64,000 bases of DNA from a virus (lineage: Duplodnaviria; Caudoviricetes). The DNA is taken from positions 32,001 through 96,000 of IMG/VR virus record IMGVR_UViG_3300042327_001260. The stretch is one strand, 5' to 3'. Positions 27,451 through 37,348 of the stretch are shown piece after piece; the first letter of the stretch is position 1, and each line of letters begins with the position of its first letter. Under the pieces are notes generated by a model. It was not told where the DNA came from, did not search any database, and saw only the letters and a list, made by a program, of their open reading frames with translations. The position numbers were made by a program, and so were the translations under genes.

Positions 27451-28719
27451 TAACATAGATTTACTACGTTTTTTACGGTGAAAAGTGATAACAAACCTGT
27501 GAACCTCATCTTGAATTGACGCAAGTAGGTTAAAAAACTTAGAATTTTCAAATTTTACACTATTTCCATCACAAAAATGAACAATATCTGACTTGTGAGA
27601 CGAATTTTTACCAATAGATAGTAAATCTACCTTGTCAAGTAGTGAAAGTTCCTCAAAAACCCTCTTTGCTACCCCTAATTGTCCTTTACCACCGTCAATA
27701 ATAACCATATCAGGTAGTTTTTTCTTCTCTTTTATTAATCTGGTAAACCTTCTACGTAAAACTTCATCAAAAGATGCGTAATCATCGGGACCTTCCACTG
27801 TTTTTATGTTGAATTTACGGTATTCTGACGTGTTTTTCTTACCATTTGTGTATCTAACAAGCGCAGAAACCTGACAATCACCCGCAGTATGGGAGTTATC
27901 GTACATTTCTATGTCAATTGGAGTGTTTTTTAACCCGTAGTTAGTCTTAAAGTCGTCAGCAAGTACCAAATAACCACCGATACGAGTAGTTTCAACACAC
28001 TTTTCGTACTTATCAAGGGCATTTAGTCTGAATTTGATGGTATTTGCCTTCTCAAACTCCATATTTTTACTAAATGTGTTCATTAAACGTGTTAATTTAC
28101 CTCTAAGTTGAGTAAAATTAAAGGATAACAACTGTTTTAAGTCAGTAATAGTTGAATTATACACAAATTTATTGATATTATTAACACATGGAGCGTCACA
28201 TCTACCCATATGGTACTCTAAACACACAGAAAACTTGTTATTTTCAACATTTTCAGGTGTAATATCATACGAACAAGAGCGTAAATTAAAGATATCATGC
28301 AATAATTCATACATTTCATAACATAAATTACTGTTTGACACACAAATTAGCGGATTTGAATCCAAGTTAGAGTCATTTTTTACCTCTAAACGTGGAAATA
28401 CCTCATTTGTAAGTGTTAAATACCATCTTTTTGAACGATCGTCCTTTAATTTGATGTTAAATTTAGGTTTATGGGACTTAATTAAGTCATTTTCAAGAAT
28501 AATAGCTGAATTTTCGTCCAAAGTAGTCACAAAATCAACATCTGAGACGTTTTTTACCAATATTTTAGTCTTTTCTGTGTGATTTTTGTTAGAAAAGTAC
28601 GATTTTACCCTATTTGGGAGGTGTTTTGCCTTACCAACATAGATAATTTGTCCTTTTTTGTCTTTAAAAAGGTAACAACCACTAGATTTTGGTATATTTT
28701 TAAGTTTTTCTTCTAACAT
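27445..28719 (-). CDS. uvrC: UvrC-like excinuclease (GIY-YIG, UVR and RNase H-like domains; no C-terminal HhH)
   Basis: GCYLFKD..IIYVGKAK.L..RV.SYF, KPKFNIKLKDD, DNSH, YRKFNIK, DDYA, IIDGGKGQL, QDEVHRF. Confidence 0.9.
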   Translation of the reverse strand: MLEEKLKNIPKSSGCYLFKDKKGQIIYVGKAKHLPNRVKSYFSNKNHTEKTKILVKNVSDVDFVTTLDENSAIILENDLIKSHKPKFNIKLKDDRSKRWYLTLTNEVFPRLEVKNDSNLDSNPLICVSNSNLCYEMYELLHDIFNLRSCSYDITPENVENNKFSVCLEYHMGRCDAPCVNNINKFVYNSTITDLKQLLSFNFTQLRGKLTRLMNTFSKNMEFEKANTIKFRLNALDKYEKCVETTRIGGYLVLADDFKTNYGLKNTPIDIEMYDNSHTAGDCQVSALVRYTNGKKNTSEYRKFNIKTVEGPDDYASFDEVLRRRFTRLIKEKKKLPDMVIIDGGKGQLGVAKRVFEELSLLDKVDLLSIGKNSSHKSDIVHFCDGNSVKFENSKFFNLLASIQDEVHRFVITFHRKKRSKSMLS

Positions 28720-28776
28720 TTAGGCTAAAATAGGTGTTTTTTGGGTAAAAACCAAGGATTTAGACTATTTATTTGT

Positions 28777-29349
28777 ATGAAAATCATAATTACAGAGTCA
28801 CAATACCGTTTTTTAATGGAAAATACCGTTGAAATTAACCAAATTTTGGATAAAATGAACGAAATTGGGTATGAAAACCTTGAAAATCACGAAAAAAACA
28901 CCCTAAATCAGTACTCAGAGTGGTTAAAAGGGGGTAAAAAGGGTGAATTTATACCTCAAAATACCCCTAAAAACACCGATTTTGACGGTGAAAACGATGA
29001 TTTTGACGGTAAAACAGGTGAAGAATACACCACTTATTTACCTGATGGTAGTGAATTTTCATTTAGATATGACTATTCTGATATATTAAATGATGAAAAC
29101 ATATACTATGGTAGTGTAAAATGGCATGGAGAAGAGTGGATTGGGTTAATTGCTACAGATAAAAAAGACAATTTAACAGAAATTGACTTTGTTTTAGATC
29201 AAGATTCGTTCCAAACATATGATTCTGAAGATGAATTTGCAGGATATGATGAAAATAAAGAGGTTAGACTACAACTTGAGATAGGAAATGACATACACCA
29301 GGTAAAATATTTCTTCCAAGAGGATGTTATACCTTATTTAGTTGATTAA
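28777..29349 (+). CDS. Leader-bearing protein with ILDKM..GYENL motif
   Basis: Start reassigned to 28777 (MKIIITESQYRFLME); TATTTAT at 28766. Confidence 0.8.
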   Translation: MKIIITESQYRFLMENTVEINQILDKMNEIGYENLENHEKNTLNQYSEWLKGGKKGEFIPQNTPKNTDFDGENDDFDGKTGEEYTTYLPDGSEFSFRYDYSDILNDENIYYGSVKWHGEEWIGLIATDKKDNLTEIDFVLDQDSFQTYDSEDEFAGYDENKEVRLQLEIGNDIHQVKYFFQEDVIPYLVD

Positions 29350-29943
29350 ATTATTTTCTTTTAAGTGTTTAAACAAAGATTTCGCTAGTTTTTCGCCAAA
29401 TTTTATATCCGATGGGTAATGCGCTTTAGCCATTTGTCTTGAATATACAATATCATCTTTAATTTTTTTTAATTCTTTTCTATAGTTTGGGTATTTGTCG
29501 GATAAAACCAAGTATATTAGGTTTGATTGTGTTGAATGTCCTGAAGGATAAGCAAACCCATCGGTTGATTTTAACATGGGATCAGTTAATTTTGAATCTA
29601 CCCTAAACGGTCTTGGTCTTTTATAAAAATTCTTTAGCTCTAATATAACAATACGGGCACTTTCACCTAATTTAAAAATCAATTTTTTCTCATCAATATC
29701 CTTTGTTAGTAAAAAGTCATTAAAGTTACCATCAATATCATCGTTTTTTTGTACAAATCGTTTTTCTAAATTTATATTTTTAAGGTATTCAATTTCTTTT
29801 TTGGTTTCTTTACTGTTTTCTGGTGATGGTGGGTAATTTTTAAATTCTGTTAAATCAAAATTTTTAAATAAATTATGTTTACGAGATTCCTCGTTGATAT
29901 CCATTAAATTTTTTATTCTATTTATTTCTTCATTTAATAACAT
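29338..29943 (-). CDS. Leader-bearing PAP2-family (acid) phosphatase
   Basis: KNFYKRPRP, YPSGH, SRQMAKAHYPSD; MLLNEEINRIKNLMDINEE leader. Confidence 0.9.
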   Translation of the reverse strand: MLLNEEINRIKNLMDINEESRKHNLFKNFDLTEFKNYPPSPENSKETKKEIEYLKNINLEKRFVQKNDDIDGNFNDFLLTKDIDEKKLIFKLGESARIVILELKNFYKRPRPFRVDSKLTDPMLKSTDGFAYPSGHSTQSNLIYLVLSDKYPNYRKELKKIKDDIVYSRQMAKAHYPSDIKFGEKLAKSLFKHLKENNLIN

Positions 29944-29971
29944 ATTTATAAATATAGAAATATTTATTAAG

Positions 29972-30397
29972 ATGATAACAAAAAAAGATTTTTTAACTAG
30001 CGGTTCATTTATAAATGAACAAAAAGAAAGTAATTCTGATTATGTAGAAATGGTATCATTACTACTTCATTCAAGAACGCAAGCACACACATTACATTTA
30101 CAAACAGAATCATACCCTGAACACATGGCATTAAATGGGTACTATGATGGTATTGGAGATATCATTGACGGATTAGTTGAATCTTATCAAGGTAAGTACG
30201 GAATATTAAAGGGATATAAATCTTATGATATTGTTGGGTATAAATCCACTGAATCAACTATAAAGTATTTAAAGGATTTATGTGGTAAAGTTGAGAAATT
30301 AAGAGATTGTTGTAAAGACTCTTATATCCAAAATCAAATAGATATGGTTTGTGAATTAATAAATTCTACATTATATAAATTACGTTTTTTAAAGTAA
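29972..30397 (+). CDS. Ferritin/Dps-like four-helix-bundle protein (DUF5856-like)
   Basis: AHTLHLQT.SY.EH.AL..YYD.I.D..D.LVESYQG..NQID..LINSTLYKL. Confidence 0.7.
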   Translation: MITKKDFLTSGSFINEQKESNSDYVEMVSLLLHSRTQAHTLHLQTESYPEHMALNGYYDGIGDIIDGLVESYQGKYGILKGYKSYDIVGYKSTESTIKYLKDLCGKVEKLRDCCKDSYIQNQIDMVCELINSTLYKLRFLK

Positions 30398-30447
30398 GAT
30401 ATATTTATATACAAAAAGACAAATAAATACAATTAAAAAAAATAAAA

Positions 30448-30936
30448 ATGGCAATTAGAAAAGTTATATTAACAGAAGCTGAACTTACAAGACTAATCAA
30501 AAATATTGTAATGGAAACCAAAGCTGAAATGGAAGAAGGTTGGTTAGAAGACAAACTTGGTAGAGTAGGGAAAGGTATTGAAAATATTGGAAAAGGTACT
30601 AAAAGATTTGCAACAGGGCATGGTTCAAAACAAGAAAGACAGGAAACTATGGATCAATTCTTTTCTGATTTAGATGAAGTAGGTGCAATGGTTGAGGAAA
30701 ATCCTGATGACTATTATGGTGGTAATAATTGGGAAAGAATGAGAGCGTCATTAGAAAGACAAGCAGAAGAAAATAACTATAAAGGTGAATTGGTTGTTAT
30801 GTATAAAACACCTCCTCATGTTATTAGATATGAAAAAGGTTATACAGGATTAGAGCATATGGGTGCAGGTGCAACCGCAGGTATAACAGCTGGACACACA
30901 TTTGGTGGTGGTAGAAGAGGATCTTCTTTAGGATAA
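30448..30936 (+). CDS. Leader-bearing hypothetical protein
   Basis: KVILTEAELTRLIKNIVME; TATTTAT at 30402. Confidence 0.8.
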   Translation: MAIRKVILTEAELTRLIKNIVMETKAEMEEGWLEDKLGRVGKGIENIGKGTKRFATGHGSKQERQETMDQFFSDLDEVGAMVEENPDDYYGGNNWERMRASLERQAEENNYKGELVVMYKTPPHVIRYEKGYTGLEHMGAGATAGITAGHTFGGGRRGSSLG

Positions 30937-30956
30937 TACTTAAAAAAATGAATAGT

Positions 30957-30982
30957 AAAACCGTAGAGAAATCTACGGTTTT
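30957..30982. terminator. Bidirectional intrinsic terminator
   Basis: Perfect AAAACCGTAGA-GAAA-TCTACGGTTTT hairpin between convergent genes. Confidence 0.85.
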
Positions 30983-31390
30983 TTATTTTTGTAGAATTTT
31001 GTAATCAACCTCGTTAAGTGAGTCGATACCCATATCATTAATTTTATCTAAAATGGTGTCTTTATCTAAATTAGTCTCTAAAAAACTAACCAACGTTTCT
31101 TTAAACTCACCACCATTAAAAATAGGATTTAAATTTTTTTGATATAAAAAAGAATCTGTTAGATTTTTGTAAGAAAGCAAAACATCGTATTTCTTGAAAA
31201 GATTATATATTTCTTTATGCTTTTCAATATCTAAAAAAACATATAACATATCTTTACCGATACCATTGTCACAATATGCAATATTTTTCAAATCTGACTC
31301 TGAAAAAATATTCATTAAAAAATTGAATATTTTTCTTTTCATAAAATTAGAATTTGGTTCGTCGATAATAAAAAGCCCTACCTGTGTCAT
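30983..31390 (-). CDS. Hypothetical protein with C-terminal ILDKI..G..SL motif
   Basis: DTILDKINDMGIDSLNEVDYKIL; TATATTTG at 31407-31414. Confidence 0.7.
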   Translation of the reverse strand: MTQVGLFIIDEPNSNFMKRKIFNFLMNIFSESDLKNIAYCDNGIGKDMLYVFLDIEKHKEIYNLFKKYDVLLSYKNLTDSFLYQKNLNPIFNGGEFKETLVSFLETNLDKDTILDKINDMGIDSLNEVDYKILQK

Positions 31391-31439
31391 AATTTGTTTA
31401 TTTATACAAATATAATACTTTTTAATTAAATAAAAAAAA

Positions 31440-33263
31440 TTAAGATAAGTTTGTTTTATATTTTTTGAAAAACTCTAAAGGTATTTTTTCGTGTGATAAA
31501 TTGGTGTGAGTTAAAACTTTATTTTTTTCTAAACTTTCTAACCTTTTTTGTATTTTTGGATAATCATCCCAATTATTATAATTAGAAAGTGACTTAACTT
31601 GAGAAGGTAAACCACCATCTTTATATTTTTGGAACACCGTTTCAGATGTTGAAGGATCAATTAATCCCATGAAAACATAATCAGAGCTGCTTGATATAAT
31701 CTCATCCCAAACGTCAGTACCCCCGGCAGAAAAACCAACAATTTTATTTATTTTATTATTTTTTTTAACATTTGATAATTCCGTTGATGTGTAGTCTAAG
31801 AAAACCGCCTTGTCTACAGGTAATCCAGCATCCACCCATTGTGATTTCATCCATTCAGATGTTGCGTAACTCATACCACCAAAAACAACTGTTTTTCCAT
31901 TAGACGATGTATTATTTTCATTATTTAAGTCGTCATCTTCCTCTTCAGATTCTGCACCAACATAAAATAAATGCCAAGGTTCCTTCTTCCTAAGAGTACC
32001 GTCGGTTTTATATGTTACCTCAAATCCATAACTATTAGCATTATTTGCAACCCATTTTTTAACATCACTATTTGTATCCCACCAAGACGGATCAGTACTA
32101 AATATATCAAAGGCTTTACCTGTATGGTGTTGGCTAAATCCAGGTATAGTATTATAACTCTGAACATCGTCTATTGTTCTACCCCCTTTAACTTTAGTAC
32201 CAAAGTTTACTACTTGATCATCATAACTTCTATAATCTGAAATAATGTCGGTAGTAACTTTTGTAAATTGTTTTTTACAATCTTTAATTAACTTTTTTAT
32301 TTGTTTCTTCGCTTCACTGTCAACACCACCAGCATCTTCGGTTGTATCACCCTCTTGATCCATTTCTTTTTTAAGATGGTAATCGGTAATGTTTACCCCC
32401 CAATTTGTTTTTAATTTATCAACTGCCTTTTTAACGTCAGAAGGTAAATTATCATAAATTGATCCTGTTTTATTTCCATTATCAATTTTTATTTCATCAT
32501 TAATTGAATTCCTAATTTTAAATACGTCAGATTCGAAATTATCTTTTTTCCCGTTTTGGACAAAAACAAAATATTTATCTTCCATACCTGAAGGATCTTC
32601 ATCACAAACAGTTACACTTTTAGTCGAACCTTTAACCGATTCGTGGGTTTCCGTTCTACATTTTTGTGTTGTCGGGTAGTATTCCCAGTGTAAGTGGGGT
32701 CCTGTACCAACACCCTTATTTCCCACAGTGGCAACAATATCTCCTGGTAATACAGTCTCACCGTTTTCAAAGTACACACTATCACAGTGACAGTATTTAG
32801 TTATACTATTATCGTAGTGTTTTATTTTAAAACAAACGGGACCCTTATCTTGTATCACCCCTTTCTTTAATATTGCAATAGGTACTCCTGTACTATTTGC
32901 ATAATCTCTACCGGCATGCCAATGCCAATCACAGTATCTAACCTTTTTACCACAGAGACTCCAAATCGGTCCCCTCCAACCGTAAGTTTTACCTCTTTTG
33001 ACTGACCCAGAATAATAATTACTTGTATTTAATTTATTTATGTTTATTAAATTAGTTGAACTATAGTCATCCACATCACTATTTGATAAAACCTCATTTT
33101 CAGGATTTTTATAATCTCTATCAAAAGGTTTATTTGTGGTAAAATCAAAACCACGAGTATCACCGACTTTTTTACCCCCAGATGTTTCCCAATCTTTAAA
33201 GTAATGTCCGTAACCTTGTTCGGCAATTTCTTCCTTTAATATGTTAAGTAATTTTAAATACAT
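31440..33263 (-). CDS. Multidomain peptidoglycan hydrolase: M23 peptidase, M15B (VanY-like) carboxypeptidase and C-terminal alpha/beta-hydrolase-like domain
   Basis: HAGRD..YCH..TGPHLHWE (M23); SDYRSYDDQ..PGFSQHHTGKAFD..EPWH (M15B); GFSAGG; MYLKLLNILKEE leader. Confidence 0.85.
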   Translation of the reverse strand: MYLKLLNILKEEIAEQGYGHYFKDWETSGGKKVGDTRGFDFTTNKPFDRDYKNPENEVLSNSDVDDYSSTNLININKLNTSNYYSGSVKRGKTYGWRGPIWSLCGKKVRYCDWHWHAGRDYANSTGVPIAILKKGVIQDKGPVCFKIKHYDNSITKYCHCDSVYFENGETVLPGDIVATVGNKGVGTGPHLHWEYYPTTQKCRTETHESVKGSTKSVTVCDEDPSGMEDKYFVFVQNGKKDNFESDVFKIRNSINDEIKIDNGNKTGSIYDNLPSDVKKAVDKLKTNWGVNITDYHLKKEMDQEGDTTEDAGGVDSEAKKQIKKLIKDCKKQFTKVTTDIISDYRSYDDQVVNFGTKVKGGRTIDDVQSYNTIPGFSQHHTGKAFDIFSTDPSWWDTNSDVKKWVANNANSYGFEVTYKTDGTLRKKEPWHLFYVGAESEEEDDDLNNENNTSSNGKTVVFGGMSYATSEWMKSQWVDAGLPVDKAVFLDYTSTELSNVKKNNKINKIVGFSAGGTDVWDEIISSSSDYVFMGLIDPSTSETVFQKYKDGGLPSQVKSLSNYNNWDDYPKIQKRLESLEKNKVLTHTNLSHEKIPLEFFKKYKTNLS

Positions 33264-33360
33264 ATACTATAAATACCTTAAATGTTAATTAATATATAAC
33301 ATATGAAAACTTACAAGTAAAACTAATTACTAAATGAATAAAAATTAATATTTATTACAT

Positions 33361-35562
33361 ATGAAACTAATAAAATATCTTATGATGTTTATAACCTTTT
33401 ATGGTTATTCACAATACTGCCCTTATTTGGGTCCGAATCAAATATTACCTTGTGGTGTAAACTCAACAACACTTACTGCAGATTTAAGTCAATGCGGTGT
33501 AGGACAAAACCCAAATGCAACAACCAATTACCAAAACACACAAATACCATATGTTGCGCAAACAAATACAGGAACGTCTTTAATTATGTCCGATGACTCA
33601 CAACAAGGACCTTTCAATATAGGATTTACTTTTTGTTTTTATGGAAACACATACAATCAGTTTTATGTCGGTAGTAATGGTTGGGTATCATTTTCCCCTA
33701 ACCAACCTGTAACGTATACATCTGCTAGTATTCCTTCAGCAGCAAATCCCGTTAATTCAATTATGGGTGCATGGCAAGATTGGCATCCAGGTTTAGGTGG
33801 ACAAATTAGGTATCAAGTACAAGGAACCGCACCTTGCCGTAAATTAGTTGTTAGTTGGGTAAATGTCCCTTTTTATTCATGTACATCAATAAATGGTACA
33901 TTTCATATAGTCCTTTATGAATCAACAAATGTTATTGAGGTTCATATTCAAAATAAACAATTTTGTGCTTGGGCAAATGGAACCGCAGTTCAAGGTATTC
34001 AAAACATTAATGGAACACAAGCAGTGACAACGCCAGGTAGAAACTCATCACAATGGACGGCACAAAATGATGGACGTAGATGGACACCATCAGGACCAAC
34101 AGTAACCCCAACATTGACTTGGTATCAAGTCGGTAATCCAAATCCTATTGGTACAGGTCCGACAATAACTGTTACTCCACCACAACAGGGGGCTAATTAT
34201 ACTTGCCAATTTGTTTACCCTTCTTGTAATGCGGGGTGGGCAACATGTAACAATAATGGTGGGTTGGGTCCTGATACTGTTTTTGTACAACCAGGACCAC
34301 CAAATTTACCACAACCTATTATTAATTTTACAAACCCAACATGTAATTCATATTGTGATGGTACCATAGATGTAATACCACAAGGAGGTAACGGTGTTCA
34401 AACTATATCTTGGATCGGTTCACAACCACCACAGTTTAATCAAACATCACTTTGTTCAGGTAATTATTCTTTTACAATAACTGATGCTGCTGGATGTACA
34501 GTATCTTCTAATGTTACGTTAGTTAATCCACCACAAATTTTTATAACACCGATTAGTGGTGAGGATACTATTTGTTACCTTTCTAATTTAGAAACATACA
34601 CTGTACCTACTATGGGTAACGGATTTATTTATACATGGATGTCAAATTCAAATATAACAGGTGGACAGGGAACTGAAACCATATCAACCGATTGGTCTCA
34701 ATTACCTTCAGGGTTTTATCAAAATTCTGTAAGTGTTTACACAACAAATCAAAATGGTTGTTATAGTGATACGTCATATTTTAATACATTTATTTTAAAT
34801 ATAAACCCAACAATAACCCCAATCGGACCTTTTTGTTCTTATGATGGTTGTGTTAGTTTAAATGCATCACCATTAGGTGGGGTTTTTAGTGGAGATAACG
34901 TTTTAAATAATCAGTTTTGTCCTTCACCGAATAATATATTAAATAATGTGACTTACACCTACAACCAATCAAACTGTATTTTTGACACTACAATTAACGT
35001 TACAGTAAACCCACAGCCAATCATTTTACCAATAACTCCGTCAGATGAATTTTTTGAACTTTGTGAAGGGGATTCTTTACCTAAAGTTTACACCACAAGT
35101 TCTAATTTATCAGGATTATTTGATTGGATAATAAACAATGATACCATTGAGGGTAACCCAATATCATATACTTGGTTACAGGAGGGGTTATATACTATAA
35201 CGGTAACACAAACATCGGACTATGGTTGTATATCACAACCACAACAAACCACGATTAGTATTGATAAGTGTCCCGAAGAATTAATCTTTATACCTAATAC
35301 TTTTACACCTGATGGTGATGAAAATAACAATGAATGGTATCCTGTTTTCACTTCAGGTTATGATCCATATAGATTTGAACTATTAATTTTTAATAGATGG
35401 GGTAATACAATATGGGAAAGTTATAACCCATCAGCAAAATGGGATGGTACATATGACGGTAAAAAATGTCAAGACGGTGTTTATTTTTGGACAATAACTT
35501 ACGGAGTTGAGGGTACTGACGAAAGAAAAGTAATACACGGACATTTAACAATTATTCGTTAG
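33361..35562 (+). CDS. Secreted adhesin-like protein with T9SS type-B (gliding-motility-associated) C-terminal domain
   Basis: Signal ..GYS|Q; NIDO-like IGFTFCFYG..YVGSNGWVSF; SprB-like repeat; IPNTFTPDGD..IFNRWG..WDG..DGVY. Confidence 0.85.
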   Translation: MKLIKYLMMFITFYGYSQYCPYLGPNQILPCGVNSTTLTADLSQCGVGQNPNATTNYQNTQIPYVAQTNTGTSLIMSDDSQQGPFNIGFTFCFYGNTYNQFYVGSNGWVSFSPNQPVTYTSASIPSAANPVNSIMGAWQDWHPGLGGQIRYQVQGTAPCRKLVVSWVNVPFYSCTSINGTFHIVLYESTNVIEVHIQNKQFCAWANGTAVQGIQNINGTQAVTTPGRNSSQWTAQNDGRRWTPSGPTVTPTLTWYQVGNPNPIGTGPTITVTPPQQGANYTCQFVYPSCNAGWATCNNNGGLGPDTVFVQPGPPNLPQPIINFTNPTCNSYCDGTIDVIPQGGNGVQTISWIGSQPPQFNQTSLCSGNYSFTITDAAGCTVSSNVTLVNPPQIFITPISGEDTICYLSNLETYTVPTMGNGFIYTWMSNSNITGGQGTETISTDWSQLPSGFYQNSVSVYTTNQNGCYSDTSYFNTFILNINPTITPIGPFCSYDGCVSLNASPLGGVFSGDNVLNNQFCPSPNNILNNVTYTYNQSNCIFDTTINVTVNPQPIILPITPSDEFFELCEGDSLPKVYTTSSNLSGLFDWIINNDTIEGNPISYTWLQEGLYTITVTQTSDYGCISQPQQTTISIDKCPEELIFIPNTFTPDGDENNNEWYPVFTSGYDPYRFELLIFNRWGNTIWESYNPSAKWDGTYDGKKCQDGVYFWTITYGVEGTDERKVIHGHLTIIR

Positions 35563-35734
35563 TTCCTAAAATCATACCTATTTCTAAAAGCTCCTTTATT
35601 GTTTTATTTAAAGGGGCTTTAATAAAATATGTCCCATCTTCCTGTCTAAAAAAACACCATCCACTTAACATGGAATGTAATTTTTCGTAGGTTTCTTTAT
35701 CTTTAACTTTATAAGTTTTTAATCCCACCACCAT
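35552..35734 (-). CDS. Small hypothetical protein
   Basis: 60-aa ORF in a minus-strand operon. Confidence 0.55.
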   Translation of the reverse strand: MVVGLKTYKVKDKETYEKLHSMLSGWCFFRQEDGTYFIKAPLNKTIKELLEIGMILGTNE

Positions 35735-36309
35735 CTCATTCTTTCTTTTAAAATTTTAAACAATAAATCATGTGCCTTTTTCTCATTATGTTTTGCAACA
35801 TAATAACATAAATCTCTTTTATCTAAACCTGATTTCTTTTTCAATACTTTACGAACACTTGATGGGTACTTTCTTAAATAAGCATCGTAATTCTCTGATA
35901 TAACATCTTCCTCCATTGAATAAAGTTCTCTACCTCCCTCCACAGGTTCAAATCTGAATTTAGTTTCAGAGTAATCAAGATACTCAGCCCCATAATATTC
36001 TTCTTTTACTCTTTCTATTAGGTTTAAAACAATAGTCATATCACGATTATCGCGATCAACTTGCATATGACGGTTTGCGTAGATAATTTCTTTTCTTTGA
36101 AATTCTATCTTTTTCTGAAGGATTGTAAATATGTACCAATCGTCCCAATCCTTATCTTTATATAAAGTGGGTATCCATCTTAGGATATTTTTTATACCTC
36201 CAAAAAAGTATCTTATTCTCCAATGTGTTTTTCGCCATAAGAATGGTAAAACTCCTTTTCTATTCCAAGCGGAGTCTTCAGGGATTGTCAGTTTTTTGTA
36301 ATTTTTCAT
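35719..36309 (-). CDS. Hypothetical phage protein
   Basis: GIKNILRWIPTLYKDKDWD..WWD C-terminus; TATATTTG at 36329-36336. Confidence 0.75.
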   Translation of the reverse strand: MKNYKKLTIPEDSAWNRKGVLPFLWRKTHWRIRYFFGGIKNILRWIPTLYKDKDWDDWYIFTILQKKIEFQRKEIIYANRHMQVDRDNRDMTIVLNLIERVKEEYYGAEYLDYSETKFRFEPVEGGRELYSMEEDVISENYDAYLRKYPSSVRKVLKKKSGLDKRDLCYYVAKHNEKKAHDLLFKILKERMRWWWD

Positions 36310-36493
36310 TTTCTTTTTCTTTGTATTGCAAATATAGTGAAAAAATTACTAATAAGTTAATAAAAACACATAAAAAAGATTCTAAAATCCAATGCCAATC
36401 AGTTTGTGTCATGGACACATGTGTCCCGAACCACATGAAAGAACCATATTTATTCATAAGTTCAACCAACAAATACTTCAAAAATTTTATCAT
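36278..36493 (-). CDS. Small membrane protein
   Basis: 71 aa with a hydrophobic segment. Confidence 0.5.
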   Translation of the reverse strand: MIKFLKYLLVELMNKYGSFMWFGTHVSMTQTDWHWILESFLCVFINLLVIFSLYLQYKEKENEKLQKTDNP

Positions 36494-36529
36494 ACCATTA
36501 CTATTACGTTTATATTAATATTTATCTAT

Positions 36530-36859
36530 ATGAGTGAAAAAAACTTTAATGAACCAAATCCAAAACTTAAAAAAAAAGATAGGATAATTGTGTGGTATGT
36601 TGCTGGAGAAGATATCCCAACACAATCAAAAGGTATTGTTATAGGGATTAATAACCTACCAAAACATAAACCAACAGATTGTGGATATGGTTATTGGGTT
36701 GAGTTTTATGATAAAGACACTAATGAATTCATAACAAAACTAACTCTAATACCTGAAGACGATATTTGGTTTTTTGATAAAGATTATTATGAAAATGAAA
36801 ATTTAAAAGAAAGTTTATTTTCAATAACTAAAAAAAACATAAACAAAATAAAATTATAA
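36530..36859 (+). CDS. Hypothetical protein
   Basis: Start reassigned to 36530 (MSEKNFNEPNP); TATTTAT at 36519. Confidence 0.7.
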   Translation: MSEKNFNEPNPKLKKKDRIIVWYVAGEDIPTQSKGIVIGINNLPKHKPTDCGYGYWVEFYDKDTNEFITKLTLIPEDDIWFFDKDYYENENLKESLFSITKKNINKIKL

Positions 36860-36861
36860 TT

Positions 36862-37347
36862 ATGAAAGGATTTATAGGCTTAACACAGTCAGCTAAAGAA
36901 GACATATTAAAACAACACAGTGAAACATATAATGGTTACTCTGTTGGTAACGTACCATCTAACATGTACCCAATAACAACATTTAATGACGCAAGAGACA
37001 CTAATGGAATTACCGTAGATATGAATGGGAATGTAAAATCATACACAAACCATAAAATAAATGAAATTGCTGCTAAAAATTTACATTATGATGAAATTGA
37101 TTCTGCTTATGAGTTTGACTCCGATGGTCCACAACAAAGTATGGTACAACCTAATTTAGGTAAAAGACCTTATGATTTTGATTCAAAAGGACCTGTTGAT
37201 GTTTATGAAGATGATGAAGACTTTTTTGATGTTTATGATTCTGACTTTACTGATTCTGATGACATTAAAGATGATGACAAAATAAATGATATAACAGAAA
37301 GTGTTAATAAAAGTTTAGAAATGTTTAGAAAATTTAAAAATTACTAA
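36862..37347 (+). CDS. Leader-bearing acidic protein
   Basis: LTQSAKEDILKQH N-terminus; ITESVNKSLEMFRKF C-terminus. Confidence 0.75.
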   Translation: MKGFIGLTQSAKEDILKQHSETYNGYSVGNVPSNMYPITTFNDARDTNGITVDMNGNVKSYTNHKINEIAAKNLHYDEIDSAYEFDSDGPQQSMVQPNLGKRPYDFDSKGPVDVYEDDEDFFDVYDSDFTDSDDIKDDDKINDITESVNKSLEMFRKFKNY

Positions 37348-37348
37348 A

